Source: Parcubacteria group bacterium (GTDB lineage Bacteria > Patescibacteriota > Minisyncoccia > Phycocordibacterales > Phycocordibacteraceae). Taken from it: a stretch of 64,000 nt of DNA. Position 1 is the first letter of the stretch; every line of letters starts with the position of its first letter. The DNA lies in contig JAQBRG010000004.1 in assembly GCA_028286615.1 (NCBI GenBank), positions 111,867 through 175,866 of the forward strand, written 5' to 3'. Shown piece by piece: positions 45,028 to 54,651 of the stretch. A model generated the notes under the pieces. The model saw only the letters and a list, made by a program, of their open reading frames with translations. It did not search any database and was not told the DNA's origin. The position numbers and the translations under genes are program-made.

Positions 45028-45062
45028 GCAGGTATCCCGCAGAGCGGGTTTTCATTTGCCAC

Positions 45063-45473
45063 ATGGCCACAATCAACCAGCTCACAAAGTCCGCCCGCAA
45101 GAACAAGACCCGCAAATCAAAGGTGGTGGCCCTTGGTCGTGGTTTCAATGCACTTAAGAACCGCCCTACCTTCTACCCAGCTCCTTTCAAGCGTGGCGTT
45201 TGCACGAAGGTAACTACGAAAACCCCTCGCAAGCCTAACTCAGCTATCCGTAAGATCGCTCGCGTACGTCTCACCAACGGCATGGAAGTAACCGCATACA
45301 TTCCAGGAGAGGGACACAACCTCCAGGAACACTCAGTGGTTATGCTTCGTGGTGGTCGCGTGAAGGACATTGGTGTGCAGTACACCATCGTTCGCGGACG
45401 TCTCGACACGGCCGGTCTTGATAAGCGCCGCCGCTCTCGCTCTCGCTATGGTGCTAAGAAGCCAAAAGCATAG
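45063..45473 (+). CDS. rpsL: 30S ribosomal protein S12
   Basis: [48 protein letters not shown] is an S12 signature. Confidence 0.9.
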   Translation: MATINQLTKSARKNKTRKSKVVALGRGFNALKNRPTFYPAPFKRGVCTKVTTKTPRKPNSAIRKIARVRLTNGMEVTAYIPGEGHNLQEHSVVMLRGGRVKDIGVQYTIVRGRLDTAGLDKRRRSRSRYGAKKPKA

Positions 45474-45498
45474 GCTCTATCAGTTTTAGTACGAAATC

Positions 45499-45963
45499 AT
45501 GCGCCATCCTGTAAAAAACAAGTATCCTCGCCGACCAGACCTTATCTATCAGTCTGAGGCTATCTCCCGTTTCATTAACACTGTTATGTGGGACGGAAAG
45601 AAAGACACAGCTCGTGCCGTTGTGTACGCTGCTCTTGATAAGATCAAGGCACAGGAACTCGATCCTCTTGAGACTTTTGAGACTGCTATCCGCAACGTTT
45701 CTCCGCTCATGGAGGTTCGTTCTCGCCGCGTCGGAGGTGCTAACTACCAGGTTCCTCGCGAAGTTCCTCAGCAGCGCCGCGTATCTCTTGCATACCGTTG
45801 GCTCATCAACGCAGCTCGCGCAAAGAAGGGAAAGCCTATGGCAGACAAGCTTGCAGAAGAAATCATGCTCGCTGTTAAGAACGAAGGCTCAGCAATCAAG
45901 AAGAAGGACGACATGCACCGCATGGCAGACGCCAACAAGGCATTTGCCCACTTCGCTTGGTAA
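45499..45963 (+). CDS. rpsG: 30S ribosomal protein S7
   Basis: VMWDGKKDTARAVVYAAL...RRVGGANYQVP is an S7 signature. Confidence 0.9.
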   Translation: MRHPVKNKYPRRPDLIYQSEAISRFINTVMWDGKKDTARAVVYAALDKIKAQELDPLETFETAIRNVSPLMEVRSRRVGGANYQVPREVPQQRRVSLAYRWLINAARAKKGKPMADKLAEEIMLAVKNEGSAIKKKDDMHRMADANKAFAHFAW

Positions 45964-45984
45964 TTCCAATAACAAGAAAGCAGA

Positions 45985-46018
45985 AACCGCGCTCAAGCTT
46001 GGGCGCGGTTTTTGTTAT
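45985..46018 (+). terminator. Intrinsic terminator after rpsG
   Basis: AACCGCGC-...-GCGCGGTT followed by TTTGTTATTT. Confidence 0.75.
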
Positions 46019-46023
46019 TTATC

Positions 46024-46284
46024 TCATTGGGGTTTCTTCAAATCTCCCATCTTCTCAAGAAGCTCCCTTGATTGCTTAGAGGTATTTCTGAAGCCTAGGG
46101 AGGAAAGATCGTGAGTGCCTGTTGCTCCCCAAGACTGACCCATATTGTCGGTGGCGTAAGTAATGCCGCCGACAGAAGTAAAGCTGGGCGTTCTGCTCGC
46201 TTTTTGATCGCTTGAGAAAGTTATGTTTGGCATAGGCTTAAAGCCTAACTTACGTAACTGTTTACTTAGCCTGCTCGTAGCCAT
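46024..46284 (-). CDS. Hypothetical protein (weak)
   Basis: ORF of 86 aa, Ser/Lys-rich. No other support. Confidence 0.25.
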   Translation of the reverse strand: MATSRLSKQLRKLGFKPMPNITFSSDQKASRTPSFTSVGGITYATDNMGQSWGATGTHDLSSLGFRNTSKQSRELLEKMGDLKKPQ

Positions 46285-46424
46285 CTACGGCTCCTATTGT
46301 TCGAGGCAATTGATGAAGGCGAAGTTTGTGTCTGCCTTGCAATCCGGATGTTTGGTTTCCGCGTATCTGGGAACATCTAGCACGTAGCCTACGCTTATTT
46401 TACGTGTCAGCAAGAATTCTTTTA

Positions 46425-46453
46425 TTGCGCAGATTAAGAACGAGGCATATATT
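46425..46453 (+). promoter_or_regulatory. Promoter TTGCGC-17-TATATT for the KGG-motif gene
   Basis: The hexamers lie 45 nt upstream of the ATG, and a GGAAGGAAG Shine-Dalgarno site is present. Confidence 0.45.
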
Positions 46454-46498
46454 CAAAACAGGACTCCATGGGGAGTTGAGAGTAGGGAAGGAAGTCAG

Positions 46499-46708
46499 AT
46501 GGACGGATCAGAGAAACCAGTGCGTCGCTCCGCACCTCGCGGATTCGCGGCAATGGACGCCGATAAACGTCGCGAGATCGCTCGCAAAGGCGGCAAGAGC
46601 GTCCCGGACGAGAAGCGCAGCTTCTTCCAAGACCGCACTCTGGCCGCCGACGCCGGCAGGAAAGGCGGCAAGCAAACGCAGTCGGGACGGACTCCTGAAA
46701 TCCAGTAG
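46499..46708 (+). CDS. KGG-repeat general stress protein (YciG-like)
   Basis: Two KGG motifs (ARKGGKS, GRKGGKQ) in a 69-aa hydrophilic basic protein. High GC. Confidence 0.55.
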   Translation: MDGSEKPVRRSAPRGFAAMDADKRREIARKGGKSVPDEKRSFFQDRTLAADAGRKGGKQTQSGRTPEIQ

Positions 46709-46771
46709 TCACTAAATAAGACCCAAAATAAAGCCGCGCCTCCTCCCAGGGGCGCGGTTTCTACAATGTAT

Positions 46772-47110
46772 TCAATTCGGTAGCACAGCTTTCCCGACGT
46801 GTGTGAATCCATAGGGCTCAAGATCGACACATTTAAGGATTCGCCACGCTTGGCCAGTTTCATCATAGGCAATGGTCAGACCACCGAGCTTGTTACCAAA
46901 TTCCATAGACATAAAACAAGGTTCGTTTTCAGCTAGGGGACGAAAAACCTTCTTTGCCTCGAGAGGGCTGATTTTGGGCGGGGCTACCTCCTCCGAAAGA
47001 AGGTAGCGAGCTTTAATTAAAGAAACCTCTCGCTTGTCATCTTTGGGGTTGAATGGCTCGAATCCAAGGTGATAAAGCTTGGCTGCGAAAGGGCCTAGGG
47101 AGTCGGTCAC
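46772..47110 (-). CDS. Hypothetical protein
   Basis: ORF of 112 aa. Confidence 0.35.
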   Translation of the reverse strand: MTDSLGPFAAKLYHLGFEPFNPKDDKREVSLIKARYLLSEEVAPPKISPLEAKKVFRPLAENEPCFMSMEFGNKLGGLTIAYDETGQAWRILKCVDLEPYGFTHVGKAVLPN

Positions 47111-47182
47111 TGGACATCTCCTCTGTCTGGCAGGACTCTAACACTTTGGCCGCTTTTTGTCTGTATTTTCGTCTCGAGAGAC

Positions 47183-47212
47183 TTGACAAAGTGACTCTGT
47201 TGCTGTATATTA
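47183..47212 (+). promoter_or_regulatory. Promoter TTGACA-17/18-TATATT
   Basis: Consensus -35 hexamer and a near-consensus -10 hexamer upstream of the 47271 ORF. Confidence 0.5.
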
Positions 47213-47270
47213 GACGCAGCTCATAAGCGCAGGATGTTCCTGCCATGCAAGGCTCAGGAGGGCCTAGAAC

Positions 47271-47510
47271 ATGAATTCTTCGAAAATCCTCGGTTCGATC
47301 GCGGTTATCGGAATGGTCATGATGGCGGTTTCGACCCCCATCCTGCTCAACCAGCCCACCGATTTCTACATCGACGCCGTCTTCAACAAGTACCTGTCCT
47401 TCGTCATGATCTTCGCCGTCGGCCTCGGAATCTTCGCTTCGGCCACCCCGTTCGCCGTCCGCGCCTGGTTCCACGAGCGTCAGCAACTGCTGGCCATCGA
47501 AGCCAACTAA
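47271..47510 (+). CDS. Hypothetical small membrane protein (two TM helices)
   Basis: 79 aa with hydrophobic segments IAVIGMVMMAV and FVMIFAVGLGIFA. High GC. Confidence 0.45.
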   Translation: MNSSKILGSIAVIGMVMMAVSTPILLNQPTDFYIDAVFNKYLSFVMIFAVGLGIFASATPFAVRAWFHERQQLLAIEAN

Positions 47511-47532
47511 ACAACCCCGCCTCCAAGGAGGC

Positions 47533-47572
47533 ACCGGTCGTAGCAATAAAATGCTATGACCGGTTTTTCGTT
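47533..47572 (+). terminator. Intrinsic terminator upstream of fusA
   Basis: ACCGGTCGTAGCA-...-TGCTATGACCGGT followed by TTTTCGTTTC. Confidence 0.7.
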
Positions 47573-47647
47573 TCTTGCGCTTTGGTGCCGCTTTCAGTAC
47601 ATTATAGGTAACGCATTGGCGGGCTTTTTATTTTATTTACTCTACTT

Positions 47648-49795
47648 ATGAACCGCGATTATCCTCTCGAGAAAGTGCGCAACTTCGGTATCGTCGCCCA
47701 CGTGGACGCCGGCAAGACCACCACGTCTGAACGTGTGCTCTTCTACACAGGCTCCCAGCACAAGATTGGAGAGGTGCACGAAGGAGAGACCACCACAGAC
47801 TGGATGGAACAGGAGCGCGAGCGCGGCATCACTATTACTGCTGCTGCCATTACCTGTTTCTGGACTAAGTCCCAGGAGAAGGACAAGAAGGATGTTGCGA
47901 AGAAGTATCGCTTCAATGTTATCGACACTCCAGGACACATCGACTTCACCGCCGAGGTTAAGCGTTCTATGCGTGTGCTCGACGGCGCAATTGTAGTGTT
48001 CGACGGCGTGGCTGGAGTTGAGCCTCAGTCTGAGACTAACTGGCGCTACGCAGACGAAGCCAAAGTGCCTCGCGTTTGTTTCATCAACAAGCTTGACCGT
48101 ACTGGTGCATCGTTCGAAGACTCATACCAGTCCATCCTCGACCGTCTTTCAAAGAAAGCAGTACGTGCACAGATTCCTATGGGAGCTGAAGGAGACTTCG
48201 AAGGAGTTGTGGATCTTCTTTCAATGAAGGCATACACCTTCTCTGGAAACATGGGCGAAGAAGTAATCGAGGGAGAGGTACCAGAGAAGTATCTTGAAGA
48301 TGCTAAGAAGTACCGCACCGAACTCGTTGAGCGCATCGTTGAACATGACGAGGCCCAGATGAACGCGTTCTTCGAAGGAAATGAGCCAACACTCGACGAG
48401 CTCAAGGCAACGCTTCGCAAGGCAGTTATTGATAACGAGATTTTCCCCGTATACACCGGTTCTGCTCTTAAGAACAAGGGTGTGCAGCTCGTACTTGATG
48501 CGGTTGTGGACTTCCTTCCGTCTCCAGTAGACCTCAAGCCAGTTAAGGGAATCAATCCAAAGACCGGAGAAGAAATTGAACGAAAGCCGGACGACAGCGA
48601 GCCATTTACAGCGCTTGCTTTCAAACTTCAGACAGACCCATTCGTTGGAGCTCTTACCTTCTTCCGTGTGTACGCAGGTACTGTTACTGCTGGTTCATAC
48701 GTATACAACGCCAACACCGGTTCTAAGGAGCGTGTAGGACGTATCGTGCGTCTTCAGGCAGACAAGCGTGAGGAAGTGGAGAAGGTTTTCACCGGAGAGA
48801 TCGCCGCTATGGTGGGTCTTAAGGATACGAAGACCTCACACACTCTTTGTGACGAAGCTAATCCAATCATCCTTGAGGAGATTAAATTCCCTGAGCCTGT
48901 GGTATCGCTTCGCATTGAACCAAAGACTAAGGCAGACCAAGAGAAGATGGGCATGGCACTTAAGAAGCTTTCGGACGAAGACCCAACCTTCAAAGTTTCT
49001 TCTGACGACGAGACTGGCGAGACCATCATCGCAGGTATGGGTGAGCTCCACCTTGAGATTCTTGTGGATCGCATGCAGCGCGAGTTCAACGTGGGAGCTA
49101 ACGTTGGTAAGCCACAGGTGGCATACCGCGAAACTATCATGGGAACTGCTGACGTTGATAACAAGTACATCAAACAGACAGGAGGTAAGGGTCAGTATGG
49201 TCACGTGAAGATCAAAGTTAAGCACATGGAGCCAGTTGATCCTGAGGCCAAGGTTGCCAAGAACACTACTCGTGAAGACCACTTCGAGTTCATCAACAAC
49301 ATTAAGGGAGGTGTTATTCCATCTGAATACTTCAACCCTATTGAAAAGGGTATTCGCGAAGCAATGAACCGTGGTGTTCTTGCTGGATACCAGATGGTTG
49401 ATGTGTCCGTAGACCTCTATGATGGGTCCTTCCATGATGTGGACTCCTCTGAAATCGCCTTCAAGATCGCAGCATCTCAGGCATTCCAGGAAGCAGCTCA
49501 GAAGGCTAAGCCAGTTATCCTTGAGCCTATTATGAACGTTGAGGTTGTTGTCCCTGAGCAGTTCATGGGAGACATCACGGGTTCTATCTCAGGTAAGCGT
49601 GGTTCTATCGAAGGAATGGAAGATCGCGGTATGAACAAGGCTATCAAGGCCAAGGTACCGCTTTCAGAAATGTTCGGATACACCACTTCTCTCCGCTCTA
49701 TGACGGAAGGACGCGGTTCTATGACTATGGAATTCGATCACTACGAGGTTGTTCCTCAGAACGTGGCGGCAGATATCATCGCAAGCAGGAAGTAA
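47648..49795 (+). CDS. fusA: Elongation factor G
   Basis: The G domain AHVDAGKTT, followed by DTPGH and NKLD, at a full length of 715 aa. Confidence 0.95.
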   Translation: MNRDYPLEKVRNFGIVAHVDAGKTTTSERVLFYTGSQHKIGEVHEGETTTDWMEQERERGITITAAAITCFWTKSQEKDKKDVAKKYRFNVIDTPGHIDFTAEVKRSMRVLDGAIVVFDGVAGVEPQSETNWRYADEAKVPRVCFINKLDRTGASFEDSYQSILDRLSKKAVRAQIPMGAEGDFEGVVDLLSMKAYTFSGNMGEEVIEGEVPEKYLEDAKKYRTELVERIVEHDEAQMNAFFEGNEPTLDELKATLRKAVIDNEIFPVYTGSALKNKGVQLVLDAVVDFLPSPVDLKPVKGINPKTGEEIERKPDDSEPFTALAFKLQTDPFVGALTFFRVYAGTVTAGSYVYNANTGSKERVGRIVRLQADKREEVEKVFTGEIAAMVGLKDTKTSHTLCDEANPIILEEIKFPEPVVSLRIEPKTKADQEKMGMALKKLSDEDPTFKVSSDDETGETIIAGMGELHLEILVDRMQREFNVGANVGKPQVAYRETIMGTADVDNKYIKQTGGKGQYGHVKIKVKHMEPVDPEAKVAKNTTREDHFEFINNIKGGVIPSEYFNPIEKGIREAMNRGVLAGYQMVDVSVDLYDGSFHDVDSSEIAFKIAASQAFQEAAQKAKPVILEPIMNVEVVVPEQFMGDITGSISGKRGSIEGMEDRGMNKAIKAKVPLSEMFGYTTSLRSMTEGRGSMTMEFDHYEVVPQNVAADIIASRK

Positions 49796-49812
49796 TTTCT
49801 GAGTGGAGTTTG

Positions 49813-49846
49813 CAAAAGACCGCTTTCAAGCGGCCTTTTGCTTTGT
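49813..49846 (+). terminator. Intrinsic terminator after fusA
   Basis: GACCGC-TTTCAA-GCGGCC (one mismatch) followed by TTTTGCTTTG. Confidence 0.55.
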
Positions 49847-49907
49847 ATGAAATAAGAAAAGGCTTGAGTGGTTAAATACTCAAGCCTTTTCGCACGAAAG
49901 ATCGTCG

Positions 49908-50147
49908 TCAATTGCTGCTCTTTGGGGGCATGTTGATTCGTAACAGGCACACGATGATAGTGATGAGCATGAAGATCAACGAAAGCAGAATGGCCCCTCT
50001 CCACCAGATAGAGGGGTAGCTTACATTTCCCCAAGCAGAGCCTAGCGCTGTCATCCCCCACACCGCGACCCCAAATGGGTGGCCAAAGAGCCACCCAAAA
50101 ACCAGGATGATGGTTGGCGGTCTCATCGTGCTATGCATAAGAGCCAT
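49908..50147 (-). CDS. Hypothetical small membrane protein (weak)
   Basis: 80 aa from the internal Met MALMH, with two hydrophobic helices. The long upstream extension of the ORF would overlap the tuf start and was discarded. Confidence 0.3.
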   Translation of the reverse strand: MALMHSTMRPPTIILVFGWLFGHPFGVAVWGMTALGSAWGNVSYPSIWWRGAILLSLIFMLITIIVCLLRINMPPKSSN

Positions 50148-50440
50148 TGGAACCTTCTCCTCTGAAGCGTTATTGCCTCCTACCCGAACGGTACTTTCAA
50201 TGTCCGTATCTGTAAAGCAATCTCTATCTTTTAGCTTGACCGGCCGGTATCTCTCCGGTATCTTAATTGTTAACGCGAGTACGGCGCTCTTTTCAATGTT
50301 CCTCTCCATACGGGGTAGGGATGGCTGGAAGGCGCTGCGCGGGGGAAAACACCTAACGCCTTGGTCGCCTGCCATTCTCTGATAGAAGCAGGCAGGCGCG
50401 GTGAAGTTATCACTTTTAGCTACCACTAACTTACAAACGT

Positions 50441-51643
50441 ATGGCAGATGCATTCGATCGAAGCAAGCCGCACATGAACGTGGGCACCATCGGCCACGTT
50501 GACCACGGCAAGACGACGCTCACCGCGGCGATCCTCAATGTGCTTAACCTCAACAAGGCAGCAGGCTACAAGGCCCGCGCCGAGAACGTCGATAACATCG
50601 ACAACGCGCCTGAAGAAAAGGCTCGTGGTATTACTATCGCGCTCCACCACTCGGAGTACGAGAGTCCTAACCGTCACTACGCTCACATCGATGCGCCAGG
50701 ACACGCGGACTACATCAAGAACATGATTACGGGAGCTGCCCAGATGGATGGTGCAGTACTCGTAGTTGCTGCTACTGATGGTGCTATGCCTCAGACTCGT
50801 GAGCACATCTTGCTCGCAAAGCAGGTTGGTGTGCCTCGCCTCATCATCTTCCTCAACAAGGTAGATATGGTGGACGATGCAGACATGCTCGACCTCGTTG
50901 AAGAGGAAATCCGTGAGCTTCTAACGAAGCAGGGATTTGATGGAGCAACAACTCCAGTTATTCGCGGTTCAGGTCTTAAGGCTCTTGAAGCAACAGACCC
51001 AACCAACGAATATGCTCTTAAGGTGAAGGAGCTCGTCGATACGATGGACTCTTACTTCCCACAGCCAGAGCGCGATCTTGATAAGCCATTCCTTATGCCT
51101 ATCGAGGACATCTTCTCGATCGAAGGACGCGGTACCGTTATTACGGGACGCATCGAGCGCGGAATCATCAAGGTTGGTGAGGAAGTTGAAATTGTCGGCC
51201 TTCAGCCAACAGCTAAGACAACCGTTACTGGTATCGAGATGTTCAACAAGCAGCTCCAGACAGGAGAGGCAGGCGACAACGCAGGTATTCTTCTCCGTGG
51301 TACGAAGAAGGAAGACGTTCACCGTGGTCAGGTTCTCGCAAAGTCTGGTTCTGTAACGCCTCACACTGACTTCGAAGCAGAGGTATACATCCTCTCTAAG
51401 GACGAAGGTGGACGTCACACTCCTTTCTTCTCAGGATACAAGCCTCAGTTCTACGTTCGTACAACCGACGTAACTGGCGAAGTAACCCTTCCAGATGGAA
51501 AGGAAATGGTTATGCCAGGTGACACTGTTACCTTCAAGGTAAAGCTCACCGCGCCTATCGCACTTGAGGACAACACCCGCTTCTCAGTTCGTGAAGGAGG
51601 CAAGACTGTGGGAGCAGGTGTGGTCACTAAGATCACTGCGTAA
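50441..51643 (+). CDS. tuf: Elongation factor Tu
   Basis: [22 protein letters not shown] and NKVD, at 400 aa. Confidence 0.95.
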   Translation: MADAFDRSKPHMNVGTIGHVDHGKTTLTAAILNVLNLNKAAGYKARAENVDNIDNAPEEKARGITIALHHSEYESPNRHYAHIDAPGHADYIKNMITGAAQMDGAVLVVAATDGAMPQTREHILLAKQVGVPRLIIFLNKVDMVDDADMLDLVEEEIRELLTKQGFDGATTPVIRGSGLKALEATDPTNEYALKVKELVDTMDSYFPQPERDLDKPFLMPIEDIFSIEGRGTVITGRIERGIIKVGEEVEIVGLQPTAKTTVTGIEMFNKQLQTGEAGDNAGILLRGTKKEDVHRGQVLAKSGSVTPHTDFEAEVYILSKDEGGRHTPFFSGYKPQFYVRTTDVTGEVTLPDGKEMVMPGDTVTFKVKLTAPIALEDNTRFSVREGGKTVGAGVVTKITA

Positions 51644-51655
51644 GCACTTACTCGT

Positions 51656-52018
51656 ATGGCAACCACCGCGAAAAAGACTACGAAGAAAGCGGCCGCAGGC
51701 GAAGCCGCGGCGGAGCCCAAGCTTCGCATCCGCGTGCGCGCCTACGAGCATAAGATCCTCGACCTTTCAGTGAAGCAGATCATGGACACCGCGAATCGCT
51801 TTGAAGCGAAGATCGTAGGCCCAGTACCGCTTCCAACTGAGATAAAGCGATGGACCGTGAACCGTTCTACGTTCGTTCACAAGGACGCACGTGAGCAGTT
51901 CGAAATGCGCATCCACAAGCGTCTTATCGACATCCTTTCGCCAAACCCAAAGGTTATTGAGGCTCTCACGAATCTCAACCTTCCTTCAGGCGTAACGATT
52001 GATGTGAAGATGGTCTAA
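51656..52018 (+). CDS. rpsJ: 30S ribosomal protein S10, with an Ala/Lys-rich N-terminal extension
   Basis: [14 protein letters not shown]...[36 protein letters not shown] is an S10 signature. Confidence 0.9.
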   Translation: MATTAKKTTKKAAAGEAAAEPKLRIRVRAYEHKILDLSVKQIMDTANRFEAKIVGPVPLPTEIKRWTVNRSTFVHKDAREQFEMRIHKRLIDILSPNPKVIEALTNLNLPSGVTIDVKMV

Positions 52019-52041
52019 CTCGAAAGAGAAGACAAAAGCAA

Positions 52042-52070
52042 AACCGCCCGAGAGGGCGGTTTTCTTTATT
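52042..52070 (+). terminator. Intrinsic terminator after rpsJ
   Basis: AACCGCCC-GAGAG-GGCGGTT followed by TTCTTTATT. Confidence 0.8.
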
Positions 52071-52126
52071 GCCTACTAAATATGTTATCTTTTGCATCTG
52101 TTCTTTAGTTTTAAGGAGGTGGCTTC

Positions 52127-52474
52127 ATGCCTACCGTAGGTGGAATACCGCCTGTAGATCCTCACAGGCTTTACTTGAAGCGAGCGCATCGGGTCGGGAT
52201 GGTCTGGAAAGGAATTGATGACCACAATGTAGCGGTAGCGGTAGAGCTGGAAAGACAGAAGGGCATTCCGCAGAAAAATACCGAACGCTGGAAAAAATGG
52301 AAGGACGAGAACGGTGTTCGTCCTCGGGGCTATGACACTCTTGAAGTGTGGCGCGACCCTCGGACAATGCGGTTTTCCAAACCACCCACACCTCAGCAAC
52401 TGGCTCAGATGTTCGGCATGAAGACAGGTGCAGATCTGCCAATTCCGAACAGACGAAACAATGTCAGACCATAA
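52127..52474 (+). CDS. Hypothetical protein inserted between rpsJ and rplC
   Basis: A strong AAGGAGGT Shine-Dalgarno site lies 6 nt upstream. 115 aa, followed by a 9-bp-stem terminator. Confidence 0.55.
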   Translation: MPTVGGIPPVDPHRLYLKRAHRVGMVWKGIDDHNVAVAVELERQKGIPQKNTERWKKWKDENGVRPRGYDTLEVWRDPRTMRFSKPPTPQQLAQMFGMKTGADLPIPNRRNNVRP

Positions 52475-52501
52475 TCAAACTTGGTTATGCAAAATGAAGA
52501 A

Positions 52502-52538
52502 CGGCCCCGCGATAGTCTGCGGGGCCGCTTATTTTACG
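52502..52538 (+). terminator. Intrinsic terminator
   Basis: CGGCCCCGC-GATAGTCT-GCGGGGCCG followed by CTTATTTTA. Confidence 0.7.
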
Positions 52539-52736
52539 GTCCGAAAGGACCTAGAGGCGAGTGGCGGAATCGACGAAGCCGTTGTCGGTTTCGCGCCTGA
52601 TGCCGCTGGAACCACCGTCGCCGATGGCTTCGCCTTCGGGCAAAATCCAGCTGGACGGATCACGCCTGATGTCCCGGTTCATGAAAGACCTCTCTTCCTG
52701 TCTCGACGTTGAGACTTTCGCACTATAGCACCCCTA

Positions 52737-52864
52737 TTTGCATTTAAAACCCGCCCCCTGTATAGTTCCCAAGTCGCTAAGTACGTCCTTCGGGACGGAC
52801 CAATGGCCGGAAGGCTCCGTTTGGGAGCCCAACGCGCTATTGGATTAGCGCGCTTTATTTTTAC
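52737..52864 (+). promoter_or_regulatory. rplC operon promoter (TTTGCA-18-TATAGT) and structured leader: a UUCG-tetraloop hairpin plus a terminator-like hairpin with U-tract ending 3 nt before the ATG
   Basis: TTTGCA at 52737-52742 and TATAGT at 52761-52766. CGTCC-TTCG-GGACG at 52784-52797. CGCGCT-ATTGGATT-AGCGCG followed by CTTTATTTTT at 52833-52862. Confidence 0.5.
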
Positions 52865-53479
52865 ATGAAATTCATCCTCGCTCGCAAAGTTCGCATGACC
52901 CAAGTCTTCGAAGAAGATGGTCGTGTGTTTGCTGGTACCGTTCTAAAGACTGGTCCAGTTGAGGTAACTCAGGTAAAGACTATGGAAACTGACGGCTATG
53001 AGGCTGTTCAGGTTGGTTTCGGCGAGCAGAAAGCAGCTCGTCGTAGCAAGGCCGTTCTTGGACACACCAAGGGCAAAGCTTTCCAGGTCTTGAAGGAGTT
53101 CCGCGGCGAAGTAGGAGATCTTGCTCTTGGTGCTGAGATCACTCCTGACGTATTTGCTGCAGGAGACGCGGTTACAGTATCAGGCGTTTCTAAGGGAAAG
53201 GGCTTTGCGGGCGTGGTTAAGCGCCATGGTTTCCATGGAGGACGCCGCTCGCACGGTCAGAAGCACTCGGAGCGTGAAGCAGGTTCTATCGGTGGAGGCC
53301 CAGGCCGCGCTGGAGGACGTGTTTCTAAGGGCATTCGCATGGCCGGCCGCATGGGCACGGACCGCGTAACGGTGACGAATCTTCGGGTTCTTCGTGTCGA
53401 TACCGCACGTGGCGAAATCATCATCTCAGGCGCAGTGCCAGGAGCTCCTGGAACACTCGTTGAGGTTCGTGCACAGTAA
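52865..53479 (+). CDS. rplC: 50S ribosomal protein L3
   Basis: GVSKGKGFAGVVKRHGF...GGPGRAGGRVSKG is an L3 signature. Confidence 0.9.
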   Translation: MKFILARKVRMTQVFEEDGRVFAGTVLKTGPVEVTQVKTMETDGYEAVQVGFGEQKAARRSKAVLGHTKGKAFQVLKEFRGEVGDLALGAEITPDVFAAGDAVTVSGVSKGKGFAGVVKRHGFHGGRRSHGQKHSEREAGSIGGGPGRAGGRVSKGIRMAGRMGTDRVTVTNLRVLRVDTARGEIIISGAVPGAPGTLVEVRAQ

Positions 53480-53490
53480 TTTTCGTACTT

Positions 53491-54249
53491 ATGGCAACCG
53501 CAAAGAAAACAGTCGCAAAGAAAGCAGCACCTAAGAAGGTGGCAGCTACTCCTGTAGCCGCAAAGACTCTTGGCAACATGGAGGCATCTGTTTGGAACAT
53601 GGCAGGTACTTCAACAGGAACAATCACACTTCCTGAAGAACTCTTCGGTGTTCGTTGGAACGCAGACCTCGTACACCAGGTGGTAATTGGTATGCAAGCT
53701 AACGCTCGCCCAACAACTGCACACACGAAGTTCCGTGGAGAAGTAGCAGGAGGAGGAAAGAAGCCTTGGAAGCAGAAGGGTACAGGACGTGCTCGTCACG
53801 GTTCTACTCGCTCTCCAATCTGGAAGGGTGGAGGTGTAACGCACGGTCCACGCGCTGAAAAGGACTACACCGTTAAGATCAACCGCAAGATGCGCGCTGC
53901 TGCTCTTGCTGCTGTTCTCTCACGCAAGTTCAAGCACGGCGAGATCATCTTCGTAGACTCTCTTTCAATTGCTGCACCTAAGACTGCACAGGCTCGCACC
54001 GCGCTTATCGCAATTGCTAAGGCATCAGGACAGGCAATGCTCGCAACCAAGCGCAAGAACGCAGCCGTTGTGGCATTCGCAAAGAAGGATGCAATGAGCG
54101 AGAAGTCTTTCCGCAACATCAACAGCCTTACGCTCGACGAAGTTCGTAACCTCAACGCTGCAGACCTCGTAACAAAGAAGTACCTTGTTATCGAGAACCC
54201 AGCAGAGGCACTCCCAGTTCTAACAGCCCGCTTCGGCAAGAAGGCATAA
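53491..54249 (+). CDS. rplD: 50S ribosomal protein L4, with an Ala/Lys-rich N-terminal extension
   Basis: KKPWKQKGTGRARHGSTRSPIWKGGGVTHGPR is an L4 signature. Confidence 0.9.
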   Translation: MATAKKTVAKKAAPKKVAATPVAAKTLGNMEASVWNMAGTSTGTITLPEELFGVRWNADLVHQVVIGMQANARPTTAHTKFRGEVAGGGKKPWKQKGTGRARHGSTRSPIWKGGGVTHGPRAEKDYTVKINRKMRAAALAAVLSRKFKHGEIIFVDSLSIAAPKTAQARTALIAIAKASGQAMLATKRKNAAVVAFAKKDAMSEKSFRNINSLTLDEVRNLNAADLVTKKYLVIENPAEALPVLTARFGKKA

Positions 54250-54259
54250 CGATATCTAT

Positions 54260-54634
54260 ATGGCACTTTTCTCAAGCGACAAAAAGAAGACAGTATCAAA
54301 GAAGGCATCTGGAGATGTGGTAGTTCAGCGCGGCATGCTCGCACTTGATGACTCACGCATCGCTAACGTGCTTAAGCGCCCTTGGTTCTCTGAGAAGGCA
54401 CTTATTGGTACTGAAAAGGGAATCTACGTATTCGAAGTTCCTCCTTCCGTAACGAAGATCGATGTTAAGAACGCAATACAGAAGACGTACGGCGTTATGC
54501 CCCGCAAGGTTCGTATGGTTAACCTTCCTGCTAAAACTGTCTCACTTCGCTCACGTCGTGGCACAGGAACCCGTGCAGCCCGTCACAAGGCATACGTGTA
54601 CCTTAACGAGGGTGACAGCATTCAGTTTGCATAG
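54260..54634 (+). CDS. rplW: 50S ribosomal protein L23
   Basis: KGIYVFEVPPSVTKIDVKNAIQKTYGV...VRMVNLPAK is an L23 signature. Confidence 0.9.
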   Translation: MALFSSDKKKTVSKKASGDVVVQRGMLALDDSRIANVLKRPWFSEKALIGTEKGIYVFEVPPSVTKIDVKNAIQKTYGVMPRKVRMVNLPAKTVSLRSRRGTGTRAARHKAYVYLNEGDSIQFA

Positions 54635-54651
54635 TTTCTAATTATTTACGT

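Noticed and set aside
47234-47611. 125-aa Arg/Pro-rich ORF overlapping the 47271 small membrane protein ORF in another frame
   Set aside because: Its composition is typical of a GC-rich off-frame. The 47271 ORF encodes plausible TM helices and follows a consensus promoter.
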